Notes: a model not told the origin generated them from the sequence alone. A stretch of 64,000 nucleotides of DNA from an uncultured bacterium (GCA_963695095.1 CAVOFT010000001.1:1280001-1344000); one strand, 5' to 3'. Shown: positions 45,876 through 57,500, numbered from the stretch's first letter. Translations and numbers: made by a program.

Positions 45876-46198
45876 CCCTGGGCCGTCACGAGCACCCGCT
45901 GGCCACCTGCGCGGCACTGGCCGGGGCGGAGTGTACACGTGTACAAATCGAGCCGCCCTGCCGGGAGCGGCCTGGTCATCAGGTCATGGCCAGGCTCAGG
46001 ATCGTGACAAGGCGTCTGGCATGAGCCCGAGCTGCCGCGCGTGCTCATCGACGAGGGCACCACAACGCGTCGACGGCTGGGGGAACACGCCATCCTGGCC
46101 GGCGGCGCTAGCGCCGCCGCGTTCGCTGGCGCCGCGAATCCCCCGGAATCATGGCGCTGACCGGGCGTAGGCTGGCGGTGTTCGCCGCCCCTGGAGCG

Positions 46199-46495
46199 AT
46201 GCAGTTGAAGGAACCCTCGCTCAAGCTGCCCGGCGCCTTCCTGCCCCTCGCCATGTCCGCCATCGGTTTGGCGATGATCTTGATCCACCTCACCAGGTTC
46301 GGCATCGTGCATCAGGAGGACGAGGGTACGCCGGCGCGGCTCTTCCAGCTCCTCATGGCCGCGCAGCTGCCGATCATGCTCTTTTTCGCGGCCCGCTGGC
46401 TGCCCGTGGCGCCGCGCCAGGCGCTTGCGATTCTCGCCCTGCAGATCGCGGCGGCGACGGTGCCGGTCCTGCTCATTCTGTACCTCGAAAGCTAG
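46199..46495 (+). CDS. Small membrane protein
   Basis: GGAG SD; three hydrophobic stretches; DEGTPARLFQLL. Confidence 0.6.
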   Translation: MQLKEPSLKLPGAFLPLAMSAIGLAMILIHLTRFGIVHQEDEGTPARLFQLLMAAQLPIMLFFAARWLPVAPRQALAILALQIAAATVPVLLILYLES

Positions 46496-46656
46496 TATCC
46501 CCTTCAAGGCTCGACAGTGCGAAGCAAGGCGAGGCACGGGCTTGATCCGGGGCGACGCGGAGCCTAGAATCCGAATCGCAATGCAGCGCTCGGCCCCGCT
46601 CCTGCCCGCGCGGTTCTCGACGATGGTGCTGCGCCCTGCAATCAGAGAGGTAAAAC

Positions 46657-47143
46657 ATGACGGAAGCGGAGCGACTGTCTGCCGCGTCGCCGGTGGTGGC
46701 GGTGAAGGCCGGTGCCGATTGTCTCGGCGAGCAGCGTGGGCTGGGCGTGAGCGTCGTCGCCTTCAAGGTGCTGCCGCCCGACGAGAGCGGCCTGCTCGTG
46801 CTGGAGAACACCTTCCACGCCAAGGGCGGGCCGCCCCGCCATCTGCATCACGAGCAGGACGAGTGGTTCTACGTGGCCGAAGGCGAGTTCATCCTGGAAG
46901 TCGGGCAGGAGCGCTTCGCACTGCAGATCCGGCGACTCGCTGCTCGCCCCGCGCGGGGTGCCGCACGTCTGGGCCCACGTCGGCGCTGCGCGCGGCAGGA
47001 TGCTGGTCAGCTTCATGCCGGCCGGGAAGATGGTGGCCTTCTTTCGCGAAGTGACCAGGGCCAACGCGATGCCGCCGCAAGACCCGGCCCTCTGGCGCGC
47101 GCACGGGATGGAGCTGCTCGGGCCGCCGCTGGCGATCGAGTAG
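46657..47143 (+). CDS. Cupin domain protein (quercetin dioxygenase-like), frameshift near 46925
   Basis: GPPRHLHHEQDEWFYVAEG then PRGVPHVW...PAGKM...FF...HGMELLGPPL. Confidence 0.75.
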
Positions 47144-47221
47144 CGACGATGGCGCCTGCCGGCCTTGGCGATCGCTGGATGGCTGGGGGGAACCAGGAGG
47201 ACTCAATTGCCTGCGAACCGG

Positions 47222-47929
47222 TCAGGTCGCCCGATTCGATTTCGAGCCAGGCCAGTTGGGCACTGCGTCGTCTCGGGATCCCAGTCCCATGCCTGCCTGG
47301 AAGCTCGCAGAAAGGGCCTCGCACAGGGGGCCGCGAACAAGCCCACCCCGTAGCGCTCCCAGGAACTCCTCATGCCGCCTACCTGAGCGGTACTCCGGCT
47401 CCCTTGGCGGATGATTGAGCCATCGTTCAATGCCGGCAATGTCGGGCTCGATCAGCAGCGTGCTCGAGTAGTACAGCAGCCCCTGCTCGCGATAGATCGC
47501 CGAGCCGCCAACCTTGCGATCCCCGAGCACCAGGTCGCTGATCCCGCGCTGCTCGACCCCCGGCGCGCCCGCCGCGGCCAGCGCCTCGATCAGCCAGGCC
47601 GACAGCCGCGCGAAGGCGGCCTTCGAGCCGCCGATCCCCGGCATCGGCAGCGCGACGCTCACGATCAAGTTCCCCGGATCCAGCAACACCGCACACCCGC
47701 CGCCGCGCCGCCGGAACACCGGCAGGCCGTCGGCCAGCACCGCGTCCAGGTGCAGCTCGACTTCGGGCTTCGACCCGCGGCCGAGCACAATGGCAGTGGA
47801 TTCGTGGGGGCGAAGCGTCCAGCGCGCCACGCCATCCGCGCGCACGGCCTCGAGCAGCGGCTCGTCATCGAGCCATGGCGAAATGCGAAGCCCTGAAGCA
47901 TGAAGCTCGGGCTCGGGCGGCGCGCCCAC
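47222..47929 (-). CDS. Lipoate-protein ligase family protein (LplA/LipM-like catalytic domain)
   Basis: IVLGRG, RRRGGGCAV, ISDLVLGDRKVGGSA; directly after lpdA. Confidence 0.8.
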   Translation of the reverse strand: MGAPPEPELHASGLRISPWLDDEPLLEAVRADGVARWTLRPHESTAIVLGRGSKPEVELHLDAVLADGLPVFRRRGGGCAVLLDPGNLIVSVALPMPGIGGSKAAFARLSAWLIEALAAAGAPGVEQRGISDLVLGDRKVGGSAIYREQGLLYYSSTLLIEPDIAGIERWLNHPPREPEYRSGRRHEEFLGALRGGLVRGPLCEALSASFQAGMGLGSRDDAVPNWPGSKSNRAT

Positions 47930-47930
47930 G

Positions 47931-49355
47931 CTACTTCTTCTTCGGCGCGGCCAGGTGCACGCCCGTGCCGGCCGCCATCTCGGCCGCCTCGAGCAGGCTC
48001 TCGGAGAAGGTCGGGTGGGGGTGGATGGTCACCAGCAGGTCGGTCAGCGTCGCGCCCATCTCGAGCGCCAAGGTGCCCTCGGCGATCAGCTCGCTTGCGT
48101 GCGCGCCCACGATGGCCACGCCGAGGAGGCGTTCGCTCTCGGGATCGGCCAGCACCTTGACGAAGCCCTCCGTGCGGCCGATCGCCTTGGCCCGCCCTAA
48201 GGCGCTGAGCGGAAAGCGGCCCACCTTGACTTTCACGCCCTTGGTTTCGGCCTCCTGCTCGGTGAGGCCCACCCAGGCGATCTCGGGGTCCGTGAAGACC
48301 ACGGCCGGGATCGCCCGGTTGTCGAAGGCGCTCGGCTGGCCCGCGATCACCTCCGCGGCCACCTTGCCCTCGCGGCTCGCCTTGTGCGCGAGCATGGGCC
48401 CGGGCGCCACGTCGCCGATGGCGAAGATGTGCGCCACCTTCGTGCGGCAGCCCTCGTCCGTCGGAATGCGGCCATCGCCGTCGAGCTCCAGGCCGATCGT
48501 CTCCAGGCCGAGATCGTCCGTGTTCGGCTTGCGCCCCACGGCCACCAGCACGCGGTCGTAGTGGCGGCTGAACAGCTCGCCGCCGTGCTCGATGTCCACG
48601 CGGAAGCCCTGGCCCTCGCCCAGCTCCTTGATGCCGACCACCTTGCTCTCGAGCAGCAGCTCCTCGAAGCGCGCCTCGCAGTTCTTCAGCACCGGCCGCA
48701 CCAGGTCCGGGTCCGCGCCCATGAGCAGGTTCGGGAACAGCTCCACCATGCTCACCTTGCTGCCGAGCCCCTGGTAGACCAGCCCCAGTTCCAGGCCGAT
48801 GTAGCCGCCGCCCACGACGAGCAGGGTGTCGGGGATCTCGGGAATCTCCAGCGCCTCGGCGCTGGACCAGACCGGCAGGTCGTAGGCCGGCGGAATCTCG
48901 TTGATGCGACTGCCCGTGGCGATGATCGCCTGCTTGAAGCGGATGCGGCTCACCTCGCCGCCTTCAATTGCGAGTTCGTGGGTGCCGGCGAAGCGCGCGT
49001 AGCCCTTCACCACTTCCACGCCGCGCTTCTCGAGCAGGCCAGCGATGCCGCCGGTCAGGCTGTCCACCACCTGCTGGATCCAGTCGTGCAGCTTGGCGCG
49101 ATCGAACTTGGGCTTGCCGAAGGTCAGTCCCATCTGCGCTGCCTCGCGCGCGGTGTGCGCGATCTCCACCGCGTTGATCAAGGCCTTGGACGGAATGCAG
49201 CCCTCGCGCAGGCACACCCCGCCCAGCTTCTCGGCCGTCTCCACGAGCGTCACTTCCAGCCCCAGATCCGCCGCGCGCAGGGCGGCCACGTAGCCGCCCG
49301 GCCCGCCGCCGATCACGACGACGCCGGTCTCCAGCTCCAGGCTGCCCATCACCAT
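47931..49355 (-). CDS. lpdA: Dihydrolipoyl dehydrogenase (E3)
   Basis: IGGGPGGY, GGVCLREGCIPSK, GGGYIGLE, HPHPTFSE. Confidence 0.95.
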   Translation of the reverse strand: MVMGSLELETGVVVIGGGPGGYVAALRAADLGLEVTLVETAEKLGGVCLREGCIPSKALINAVEIAHTAREAAQMGLTFGKPKFDRAKLHDWIQQVVDSLTGGIAGLLEKRGVEVVKGYARFAGTHELAIEGGEVSRIRFKQAIIATGSRINEIPPAYDLPVWSSAEALEIPEIPDTLLVVGGGYIGLELGLVYQGLGSKVSMVELFPNLLMGADPDLVRPVLKNCEARFEELLLESKVVGIKELGEGQGFRVDIEHGGELFSRHYDRVLVAVGRKPNTDDLGLETIGLELDGDGRIPTDEGCRTKVAHIFAIGDVAPGPMLAHKASREGKVAAEVIAGQPSAFDNRAIPAVVFTDPEIAWVGLTEQEAETKGVKVKVGRFPLSALGRAKAIGRTEGFVKVLADPESERLLGVAIVGAHASELIAEGTLALEMGATLTDLLVTIHPHPTFSESLLEAAEMAAGTGVHLAAPKKK

Positions 49356-49407
49356 GGTGGCTCCTTCATTCGGTTGAAAAGGTCAGGGTCGATCCGTCCG
49401 TCGGGTC

Positions 49408-49992
49408 TCACCGCGCAACTGCCGAATGGAAGTAGAAATCGAGCATGGCGCTCAATGGTGCGGCATCCCGCTTCAGTCGGCTGCGAAGCGCCGCGCCCTC
49501 CCAGCAATCCACCAGGACGCTCGCCATCCTTCCAGCGTCGGAGTCCGCCGGTATGTCACCCCTGTGCCGGGCTTCCTCCAGGCAAGCGGCCATGCGCGCC
49601 GCGATGCCGGAGAAGCACTCCTCGATCTTGGCTCGGAAGACCTCGCTTGCTCCGGAAAGCTCCTGCCCGAGCCCGCCGAGCAGGCACCCCATGTAGCCCT
49701 CTTGCCGGTAGTGCTGCTCCGTCATCTCGAAGAAGAGACGCACCCGCTCCAGGGGGGCGCGGCTCACGTCGTCCAGACAAGCGTCCAGGCCGGTGTGAAC
49801 CTCCTGCATGTACCTGTCGATGACCTGAAGCGCGAAGTCCTCTTTGTCTTTGAAGTGGTGGTAGAACGACCCCTTCGGAATCCCCGCGCCGATCAGCAGC
49901 GCCTTGATGCCCAGGCCGTTGTAGCCCTGCTCGAGCAGCATTCGCAATCCAGCGATCAGCAGGCGATCCTTGGTCGGGTGTGTCGATGCCAT
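49408..49992 (-). CDS. TetR family regulator (NemR-like)
   Basis: GYNGLGIKALL...KGSFYHHFKDKEDF, GCLLGGLGQE, WEGAALR. Confidence 0.88.
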   Translation of the reverse strand: MASTHPTKDRLLIAGLRMLLEQGYNGLGIKALLIGAGIPKGSFYHHFKDKEDFALQVIDRYMQEVHTGLDACLDDVSRAPLERVRLFFEMTEQHYRQEGYMGCLLGGLGQELSGASEVFRAKIEECFSGIAARMAACLEEARHRGDIPADSDAGRMASVLVDCWEGAALRSRLKRDAAPLSAMLDFYFHSAVAR

Positions 49993-50192
49993 TCTCTTTG
50001 CGCTCTTCACCGAATCGCCCCGGGCATCCCGGGGGCGCCGTTAGTTGCGGGCATCCACGGTGGCCTGATGCTCCCGCTGCCCATCGTAGTGCGCTGGCCG
50101 CGCGGCCGCATAGATCTTCCTGCGTAGCGGCAAGCCGCCGAGGCCTCACCCACGCAAGGCCTCGGCCGTCTGGCCCTCATCCCCGCGGCGAG

Positions 50193-50582
50193 CTATTTCC
50201 CCTTCACCTTCGCGATCATGTGGTTGATGACATGGCTGTGCTCAGACTGGGGACTGAACATCACGATCTCCGCATCGGCGTCGACCCTGACGTTGTGACC
50301 GGGGGGCCAGTAGAACAGGTCGTTCCCGTTGACCGTCTCCTGCATCCCATTGGCGTCGGTCGTGGTGATCCGCCCGTGCAGGACGAAGCCCCAGTGGGGG
50401 CACTGGCAAAGGCCGCCCTCCAACCCTTCGAACAGCGGCGTGGTGTCGACACCTGCCGCCAGGGTGAAGCACTCCGCGCTGATCGGGCCTAATCCGCTGG
50501 CGTCACCGAATCCCTTCTGCTGACGGACGATGGCCCCAGGGATCTCCATCTGCACTTCGACCGCGTCCTTCGTGATCCGCAT
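50193..50582 (-). CDS. Cupin-fold protein
   Basis: AAGGAG SD; LCQCPHWGFVLHG...FYWPPGH. Confidence 0.7.
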   Translation of the reverse strand: MRITKDAVEVQMEIPGAIVRQQKGFGDASGLGPISAECFTLAAGVDTTPLFEGLEGGLCQCPHWGFVLHGRITTTDANGMQETVNGNDLFYWPPGHNVRVDADAEIVMFSPQSEHSHVINHMIAKVKGK

Positions 50583-50616
50583 GCTGGTATCTCCTTCGGG
50601 GGTGGTTAGTTGAGAG

Positions 50617-50632
50617 TAGACCGACCGGTCTA
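50617..50632. promoter_or_regulatory. NemR-type TetR operator palindrome
   Basis: TAGACC-GACC-GGTCTA, matching the TAGACCnnnnGGTCTA box of NemR-family regulators. Confidence 0.8.
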
Positions 50633-50639
50633 TATTGCG

Positions 50640-50667
50640 AAGATACCAACAATACCAGCTTTGTCAA
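50640..50667 (-). promoter_or_regulatory. sigma70 promoter for the cupin-TetR genes
   Basis: Minus strand TTGACA-N16-TATCTT immediately upstream of the operator. Confidence 0.65.
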
Positions 50668-50892
50668 GGTATAGTGCTGCAGCCCGGTTGCATCGAGGGG
50701 GCGTGGGAAGTTCCGCGCTTCCCCAGTGACCGGCTGTCCAGAGAGTTCCCCCAGCCACCTCGGCTCAATCAACTAACACATTGTAAAGACATCAATTACA
50801 CGTCACGCGCTAAGGTATGCGCGACGCCCCGGCGCGCACAGCATCGTCTGCGCCTGCCTCTCCATCTCACCGCCTGGAGCGGGCGTCCGCGG

Positions 50893-52251
50893 TCAGGCCT
50901 TGCCGGCCAGCCAGGACAGGGGATCGGCGAGCTGCGCCATCATCGTCGTGACGAAGCGCGCGGCGTCGGCGCCGTCGGCGACGCGGTGGTCGAAGGCCAG
51001 GCTGAGCGGCAGGATGCTGCGGATCACGATCTCGCCCGCCCGCACGACGGGTTTCTCCTGCACGCGACCCATGGCGAGAATCGCCACCTCGGGGTAGTTG
51101 ATCGTGGCCAGGAGCGCCGTGCCGCCCAGCGGCCCCACGTTGGTGATCGTGAAGGTGCCGCCGCGCAGCTCGCTTACCTCGATCTTGCCGTCCCGCGCCC
51201 GCTCCGCGAGATCGCGAATGTCGGTGGCGATCTCGACCACGCTCTTCTTGTCGACCTCGCGCACCACGGGCACGATCAGGCCGCGCCCCGTGTCCACGGC
51301 GATGCCGATGTTGATGTACTTCTTGTAGACGATCTCCTCGCGGAAGGGATCGAGGCTCGCGTTGAAGGCGCGCGCTTCCTTCAGCCCCTCGGCCACGGCC
51401 TTGGCCACGAAGGCGAGCAGGGTGGGCGCCGCGCCGTCGCGCCCCACCAGGCGCTCCTTCTCGCGCTGGCGGAAGGCCTCCAGCTCGGTCACGTCGGCCT
51501 CGTCCATGTGCGCCACGTGGGGGACGAGGATCATCGAGCTGGTCATCTTGTGCGCCACCTTGCGACGAATCGAGCGCAGCGGCTCGCGCTCGACCTCGCC
51601 CCACTGCGCGAAGTCGGGCATGGGCTCGACGTCGAAGAAGGGGATGCCGCCGCCCGCCCAGGCCATGCGCGGCCCGCCCCCGGGGGCGGCGTCCGCAGCT
51701 TCCGCCGCGCCGCCGCCGGCCTGGAAGCGATTCAGATCCTCCGCGGTGACTCGCCCGCCGGGGCCAGTGGGCGGCACCTGATGCAGGTCGATGCCCAGCT
51801 CGCGCGCCAGGCGCCGCACGGCCGGCGCTGCGGCCACCGGACCCGCCCCCGGGGGCGGGCTGGTGGCAGCGGCCGGGGCTGCTGGAGCGGCCGGCTTGGC
51901 GGCCGGCGGCGTGGGCCGCGCGGGCACCGGAGTCGGCGGCGTCGGCGCCGGCGCTTCGGGCTTGGCCGGCGCTTCGGCCTTCGCGGGCGCCTTTGCGGCC
52001 GGCGCGCCGGCCGCGGCGCCAGAATCGATGACGGCGATGATGCTGCCCACCATCACCACGTCGCCCACCTTGCCGCCCTGCCGGGTCAGCGTGCCGCCGG
52101 CGGGGGAGGGAATCGTCACCGCGGCCTTGTCGGTCTCCACGTCCACCAGCGGCGCGTCCTCGGCGATCTGGCCGCCCTCGGCCACGTGCCACTTGAGGAT
52201 CTCGCCCTCGTGGACGCCTTCGCCCAGGTCCGGCAGCTTGAACTCGAACAC
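50893..52251 (-). CDS. 2-oxoacid dehydrogenase E2 (dihydrolipoamide acyltransferase)
   Basis: FKLPDLGEG...VETDKA lipoyl domain, APAVRRLARELG, TGPGGRV, FDHRVADG. Confidence 0.92.
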   Translation of the reverse strand: MFEFKLPDLGEGVHEGEILKWHVAEGGQIAEDAPLVDVETDKAAVTIPSPAGGTLTRQGGKVGDVVMVGSIIAVIDSGAAAGAPAAKAPAKAEAPAKPEAPAPTPPTPVPARPTPPAAKPAAPAAPAAATSPPPGAGPVAAAPAVRRLARELGIDLHQVPPTGPGGRVTAEDLNRFQAGGGAAEAADAAPGGGPRMAWAGGGIPFFDVEPMPDFAQWGEVEREPLRSIRRKVAHKMTSSMILVPHVAHMDEADVTELEAFRQREKERLVGRDGAAPTLLAFVAKAVAEGLKEARAFNASLDPFREEIVYKKYINIGIAVDTGRGLIVPVVREVDKKSVVEIATDIRDLAERARDGKIEVSELRGGTFTITNVGPLGGTALLATINYPEVAILAMGRVQEKPVVRAGEIVIRSILPLSLAFDHRVADGADAARFVTTMMAQLADPLSWLAGKA

Positions 52252-52261
52252 GGCGCCTCCC

Positions 52262-53243
52262 TTAGAAGTCCAGCGTGGCGGCCAGCGCATCGGCGATGCG
52301 CCCGGCCGTGGGCAGGTAGGCCTTCTCGCGGCTGAAGCCGGGCGTGATCACGTCGAAGCCCGTCACGCGCGCCACCGGCGCTTCCAGGTACATCAGCGCC
52401 TTGTCGTTGATGCGCGCGACGATCTCGCTCGACACGCCGAAGCTGCGCGGCGCCTCCTGCACGATGACGCAGCGGCCGGTCTTCTGCACCGAGTCCGCGA
52501 TGGCGTCGCCGTCCAGCGGCGAGATCGTGAGCAGGTCGATGAGTTCCACGCTCGCCCCGCGCTGCTCGGCGAGCTGCTCGGCCGCCTGCTCGGCCGGCCG
52601 GCGCATGGCGCCCCAGGCCACCAGCGTGATGTCCCCGCCCTCGCGCACGATCTCGGCCTTGCCGAGGGGCAGCGTCTCGGGCGCCTCGGGCACCTCCTCG
52701 CGCCAGGCGCGATAGCTGTGCTTGGGCTCCATGAAGACCACGGCGTCCGGGTCCGCGATCGCCGCGCGCAAGCAGCGCCCGTGCGTTCCGCGGCGTCGAG
52801 GGAATCACCACCTTGAGCCCCGGGAAGTGCGCGTAGGTGGCCTCGCGGCTCTCGCTGTGGTGCTCCAGCGCGCGCACGCCGCCGCCGTAGGGCATGCGCA
52901 TCACCATGGGCACCGTGAACTTGCCCCGCGTGCGGTTGCGGAAACGCGAGGCGTGGCCCTCGAGCTGGGCGATGGAGAGGTAGGAGAAGCCCGAGAACTG
53001 CATTTCGCAGACGGGCCTGAGCCCCGCCAGCGCCATGCCGATGCTCGCGCCCACGATGCCGCTTTCGGCCAGCGGCGTGTCGAGCACGCGCGTCTCGCCG
53101 AACTTGGCGTAGAGGCCCTCGGTGGCGCGGAAGACGCCGCCGTTGACGCCCACGTCCTCGCCCAGCACGATCACGCTGTCGTCTTCCGCCATCATTTCCG
53201 TGAGGGCCAGGTTAATCGCCTGGATCATGGTGAGCTTAGCCAC
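52262..53243 (-). CDS. 2-oxoacid dehydrogenase E1 beta subunit, frameshift near 52770
   Basis: GEDVGVNGGVFRAT, DTPLAESG, ALEHHSES, SVQKTGR. Confidence 0.9.
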
Positions 53244-54342
53244 GGCTCGCCTCCTCGCGCTCGGCATCGCGGGCCACCAGGGCCTGGAAGGCGGCCCGCT
53301 GATCCTCGAGGCTCGGGTGCGGCTCGCCGAAGACGTGGTCGAAGGGCGTGTCGAGCTCCAGCTCGGTGTCCGCCTCGAAGGCCTTCACCTCCTCGGCAAT
53401 CGCCGCGCGCAGTTCCTCGCGCAGGGCCTCCTCGCGCTTCTCGTCCCAGAGCTTCTTGCTCTCGAGATAGCGGCGCAGGCGCAGGATGGGGTCCTTCGCG
53501 GCCCACTCGACCTGCGCGGCGGCTTCGTCGCGGTAGCGCGTGGGGTCGTCGGCCGTGGTGTGCACGCCCATGCGGTAGGTGACGGCCTCGATCAGGGTCG
53601 GCCCGCCGCCGCTCTTCGCGCGCTCCAGGGCCTCGCGGGTGGCGACCACCATGGCGAGCACGTCGTTGCCGTCCACCTGGATGCCCGGCATGCCGTAGGC
53701 GACGGCCTTCTGGGCGATGCTCTGCGCGCGCGTCTGCAGCTTGCGCGGAATGGAGATCGCCCACTGGTTGTTCTGGCAGATGAAGACCACCGGCGCCTGC
53801 CAGACGGCGGCGAAGTTGAGGCCCTCGTGGAAGTCGCCCTCGCTGGTGGCGCCGTCGCCGAACCAGCAGACCGTGGCGCTCTCCTCGCCGCGGTACTTCT
53901 GCGCGTAGGCCAGGCCCACCGCGTGGGGGATCTGCGCGCCGACGATGATGGAGTCCGGCAGCGTGCGCAGCGCGGGATCCAGCGCCGAGCCCTCCTCGCG
54001 CCCGTTCCAGAAGTGGAGGATGTCGCGGAAGCGGTGGCCGCGCATCAGGCGCCCGCCGAGTTCGCGGAAGGCGCCCACGAACCAGTCGTCCTTGCCCATG
54101 CAATGCGCGGGGGCCACCGAGACGGCTTCCTGTCCAACCGAGGGACTGAAGGTGCCCAGGCGCCCCTGCCGCTGCAGCTTGAGCATGCGGTCGTCGGCCT
54201 CGCGACCCCAGACCAGCCCGCGGTAGAGCGCGAGCAGCTCATCCTTGGCGAGCTTGGGATCGAGCGCGGCGTCGACCTTCCCCTCCGGATCCAGGATCTG
54301 CAGGTACTCGATGTCGAAGTGGGCAAGGGGAGTCCGGGGCAT
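53236..54342 (-). CDS. pdhA: Pyruvate (or branched-chain 2-oxoacid) dehydrogenase E1 alpha subunit
   Basis: LQRQGRLG, FGDGATSEGDFHEGLNFA...QNNQWAIS, YRMGVHTTADDP; substrate not determinable from sequence alone. Confidence 0.85.
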   Translation of the reverse strand: MPRTPLAHFDIEYLQILDPEGKVDAALDPKLAKDELLALYRGLVWGREADDRMLKLQRQGRLGTFSPSVGQEAVSVAPAHCMGKDDWFVGAFRELGGRLMRGHRFRDILHFWNGREEGSALDPALRTLPDSIIVGAQIPHAVGLAYAQKYRGEESATVCWFGDGATSEGDFHEGLNFAAVWQAPVVFICQNNQWAISIPRKLQTRAQSIAQKAVAYGMPGIQVDGNDVLAMVVATREALERAKSGGGPTLIEAVTYRMGVHTTADDPTRYRDEAAAQVEWAAKDPILRLRRYLESKKLWDEKREEALREELRAAIAEEVKAFEADTELELDTPFDHVFGEPHPSLEDQRAAFQALVARDAEREEASRG

Positions 54343-54548
54343 GGGCTTCCTTTCTGGGCAGTCCCGATCAGACTAACCCGCGCATCCAGCGGCCGCAAGT
54401 GCCGCCGGGGGCAGCCGAGTACAGGGCCCGCGATGCCTGAATTCGGCATTGAGAGCTGTGGCGCCGCTCATGCCTTGCGCATTGGCAAGCGATGGTCCAT
54501 CTATTGCTGGAATGCTGCGACTCACTCCGCAGGAGGCGGTTCCCCCCC

Positions 54549-57500
54549 ATGGATGCAAGCAAGACGACGAGCGCTCGTCCCGTGAAGTACCCCGGCATCC
54601 CCCTGACCACGAACGGCAACCAGCTCGTGGCCTACTACACCGAGGCCCGCATCACGGATGCCGGGCGTCTTCTATCCGATCACGCCGTCCACCGAGATGG
54701 GCGAGAACTACCAGCTCGCCTTCGCCGAGGGCAAGCTGAACGTCTTCGGCCGGCCCAAGCTGGCCATCGAGGCCGAGGGCGAGCACGCCGCCCAGGGCGG
54801 CGCCATCGCCTACTCGGTGACGGGCAAGCGCGTCGTCAACTTCACCTCGGGGCAGGGCCTGGTCTACGGGCTCGAGCAGTACTACCACGCGCCCGGGCAA
54901 GCTCTCGACGATGGTGGTGGAGGTCGCTGCCCGCGCGCTGACCAAGCACGCGCTGAACGTGCACTGCGGCCACGACGACGTCTACGCCGCGCTCGACACC
55001 GGCTGGATCATTCTCTTCGCGCAAGGACGCCCAGCAGGCCGCCGACCAGGCGCTCATCCTGCGCCGGGTCACCGAGCTGTCGCTGACCCCGGGCATCAAC
55101 GTCCAGGACGGCTTCCTCACCTCGCACCTCGAGCGCACGCTTCTACCGCCACGAGGCCGAGCTGATGCGCGAGTACCTCGGCGCGCCGGACGACCTGATC
55201 GACTGCCCCACGCCGCGCCCAGCGCGCGCTCTTCGGACCCGAGCGCCGCCGCGTGCCCGCCATGATCGACCTGGCGAACCCGGCTGCTCCTCGGCCCGGT
55301 GCAGAACCAGGAGCACTACATGAACGGCGTCGTCGCGCGCCGCGACAACTTCGCCGAGCCGATCCTGCGGCTTCCTCGAGGCGGCCTACGCCGAGTTCGC
55401 GCCGCCTCACGGGCCGCGACTACGGGCTCATCAGCCGCAGTACCGCTGCGAGGACGCGGAGACGGTCTTCGTCTCGCTCGGCTCGGCGGCCGAGAACATC
55501 GAGGCCGCCGTCGACCACCTGCGCGCGACGCGCGGAGCGAAGGTCGGCTCGATCCACGTCAACGTGCTGCGGCCCTTCCCCGAGGCGGCCTTGGTCGAGG
55601 CGCTGCGCCGGCAAGCAGCAACGTGATCGTCCTCGAGCGCACCGACGAGCCGCTGGCCGGCGCCAACCCGCTCACGCGCGACATCCGCGACGGCCTTCAC
55701 GAAGGCGCTGGAGAACGGCGTCGCGCCGGCCCATGCGGAGCTGCCCGCGATTACGGCGGCCGAGCTGCCGCGCATCTTCAGCGGCGTCTACGGCCTCGGG
55801 TCGCGCGACTTCCGGCCCGAGCACGTGCTCGGCGCCTACGAGTTCGCCACCGGCTGACGGCGAGCGCAAGGACGGCCGGACCGCCGCCGACGGCGAGAGC
55901 TTCTTCGTCCTCGGCGTCGATCACCCCTACGCGGTCATGCTCCGCCGAGACGCCCTCGCTCCTGCCCGAGCACGCCATCGCCGTGCGCTTGCACTCGATC
56001 GGCGGCTGGGGCATGATCACGACCGGCAAGAACCTGGGCGAGATCATCGGCGAGTTCGGTCGACTACCTCGCCGAGCGCGACGCGCGTGGACGAGCTGGG
56101 CCGGCCGAGCGAGGTCCTCCACGTCAGCGCGAACCCCAAGTACGGCTCCGAGAAGAAGGGCGCGCCCACCAACTACTTCCTCGTCGTCGCGCCCGAGCGC
56201 ATCCGGGTCAACTGCGACCTGCACCACGTGGACGTCGTGCTCTGCTGCGACCCCAAGGCCTTCACTGCACACGAATCCGCTGGAGGGGCTCAACCGACGG
56301 CGGCGCCTTCGTCTGGGAGTCGCGACGAGTCGCCCGAGACGGCCTGGGAGCGCATCCCGCCGCGCTACCGGCAGGCCATCCTCGACGCGAAGATCCGCGT
56401 CTTCATCCTGCCCGGCTTCGAGATCGCCCGCGACGGCCACCGACCGCGCCGATCTGCAGCTGCGCATGCAGGGCAATGCCTTCCTCGGCGCCTTCTTCGG
56501 CGTGTCGCAGCTTCCTCGCCGACAACGGCATCGACCACGAGCACTACCGCGAGGTCGTGCTGGCCCAGTACCAGAAGAAGTTCGGCCGCTTCGGCGAGGC
56601 GGTGGTGGCCTCCAACATGACGGTCATGAAGGAGGGCTTCTCCCAGGTGCGCGAGATCGTCTACGGCGCTGCCGACGCGCCCGACCGCTCGACCATGCGC
56701 GGGCAGTTGCTCGTGGACTGCGTGGACGGCGGCTGCGCGACCAGCGCGCCGCCTGCGGGCCAGGGGGAGCGCGTGCGGCTGTTCACGCTCGACGCCTTCG
56801 ACGGCGAGTTCCGCGCCGGGCTCGGCTACGACCAGCCGGCCTCGGCTTTCGCCTCGGTGGGCGTCATGGCCGCGGCCACGGGCGCCACGGCGACGCAAGT
56901 ACGTCGCCCGCCGCGAGACGCCGATCTGGATTCCCGAGAACTGCACGCAGTGCATGGAGTGCATCGCCGCCTGCCCGGACACGGCCCTGCCCAACACGGC
57001 CCAGGACCTGGCCACGGTGCTGCGCACGGCCATCGTCGAACTACGTGAGCGAGCCCGTCGCGCGGGCGGCCTTGCTCAAGGCCGTGCCCGCGCTGGATGC
57101 CGCGCTGCACCCGCGCATGCTGGCCGCCGTGCAGGCCAAGGAGCACCCGACCGTGCACGCCCTTCTCGCCGAGGAGCTGGAGAAGCTCGCGGCGGCTGAG
57201 TGCCGCGGCGAAGGCGCAGCTGCTCGCCGTGCTCGAGCAGGTGCCGCTGGCCTACAACAAGGTGAACGCCATCTTCGCTGACCACGGAGAAGAAGGAGCC
57301 GGGCGCGGGCGGCGTCTTCTCGATCTTCGTCTCGGACCTCTGCAAGGGCTGCGCGGAGTGCGTCACCGAGTGCGGCGATCACGAGGCCCTGGTGATGGTG
57401 CCGGAGACCGAGGAACTGAACGCCGATCACGCGACCGGCACCGCCTTCCTGGACCTCCTGCCCGACACCTCGCAGCAAGTACCTCGGCCTCTACGACGAC

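Noticed and set aside
50015..50166. Two GC-rich hairpins between the cupin and TetR genes
   Set aside because: About 10-bp stems without T-runs are expected at this GC content; no recognisable RNA family
41400..50900. Integron cassette array explanation for the short accessory genes
   Set aside because: Mixed orientations, no repeated attC (RYYYAAC...GTTRRRY) structures and no integrase seen
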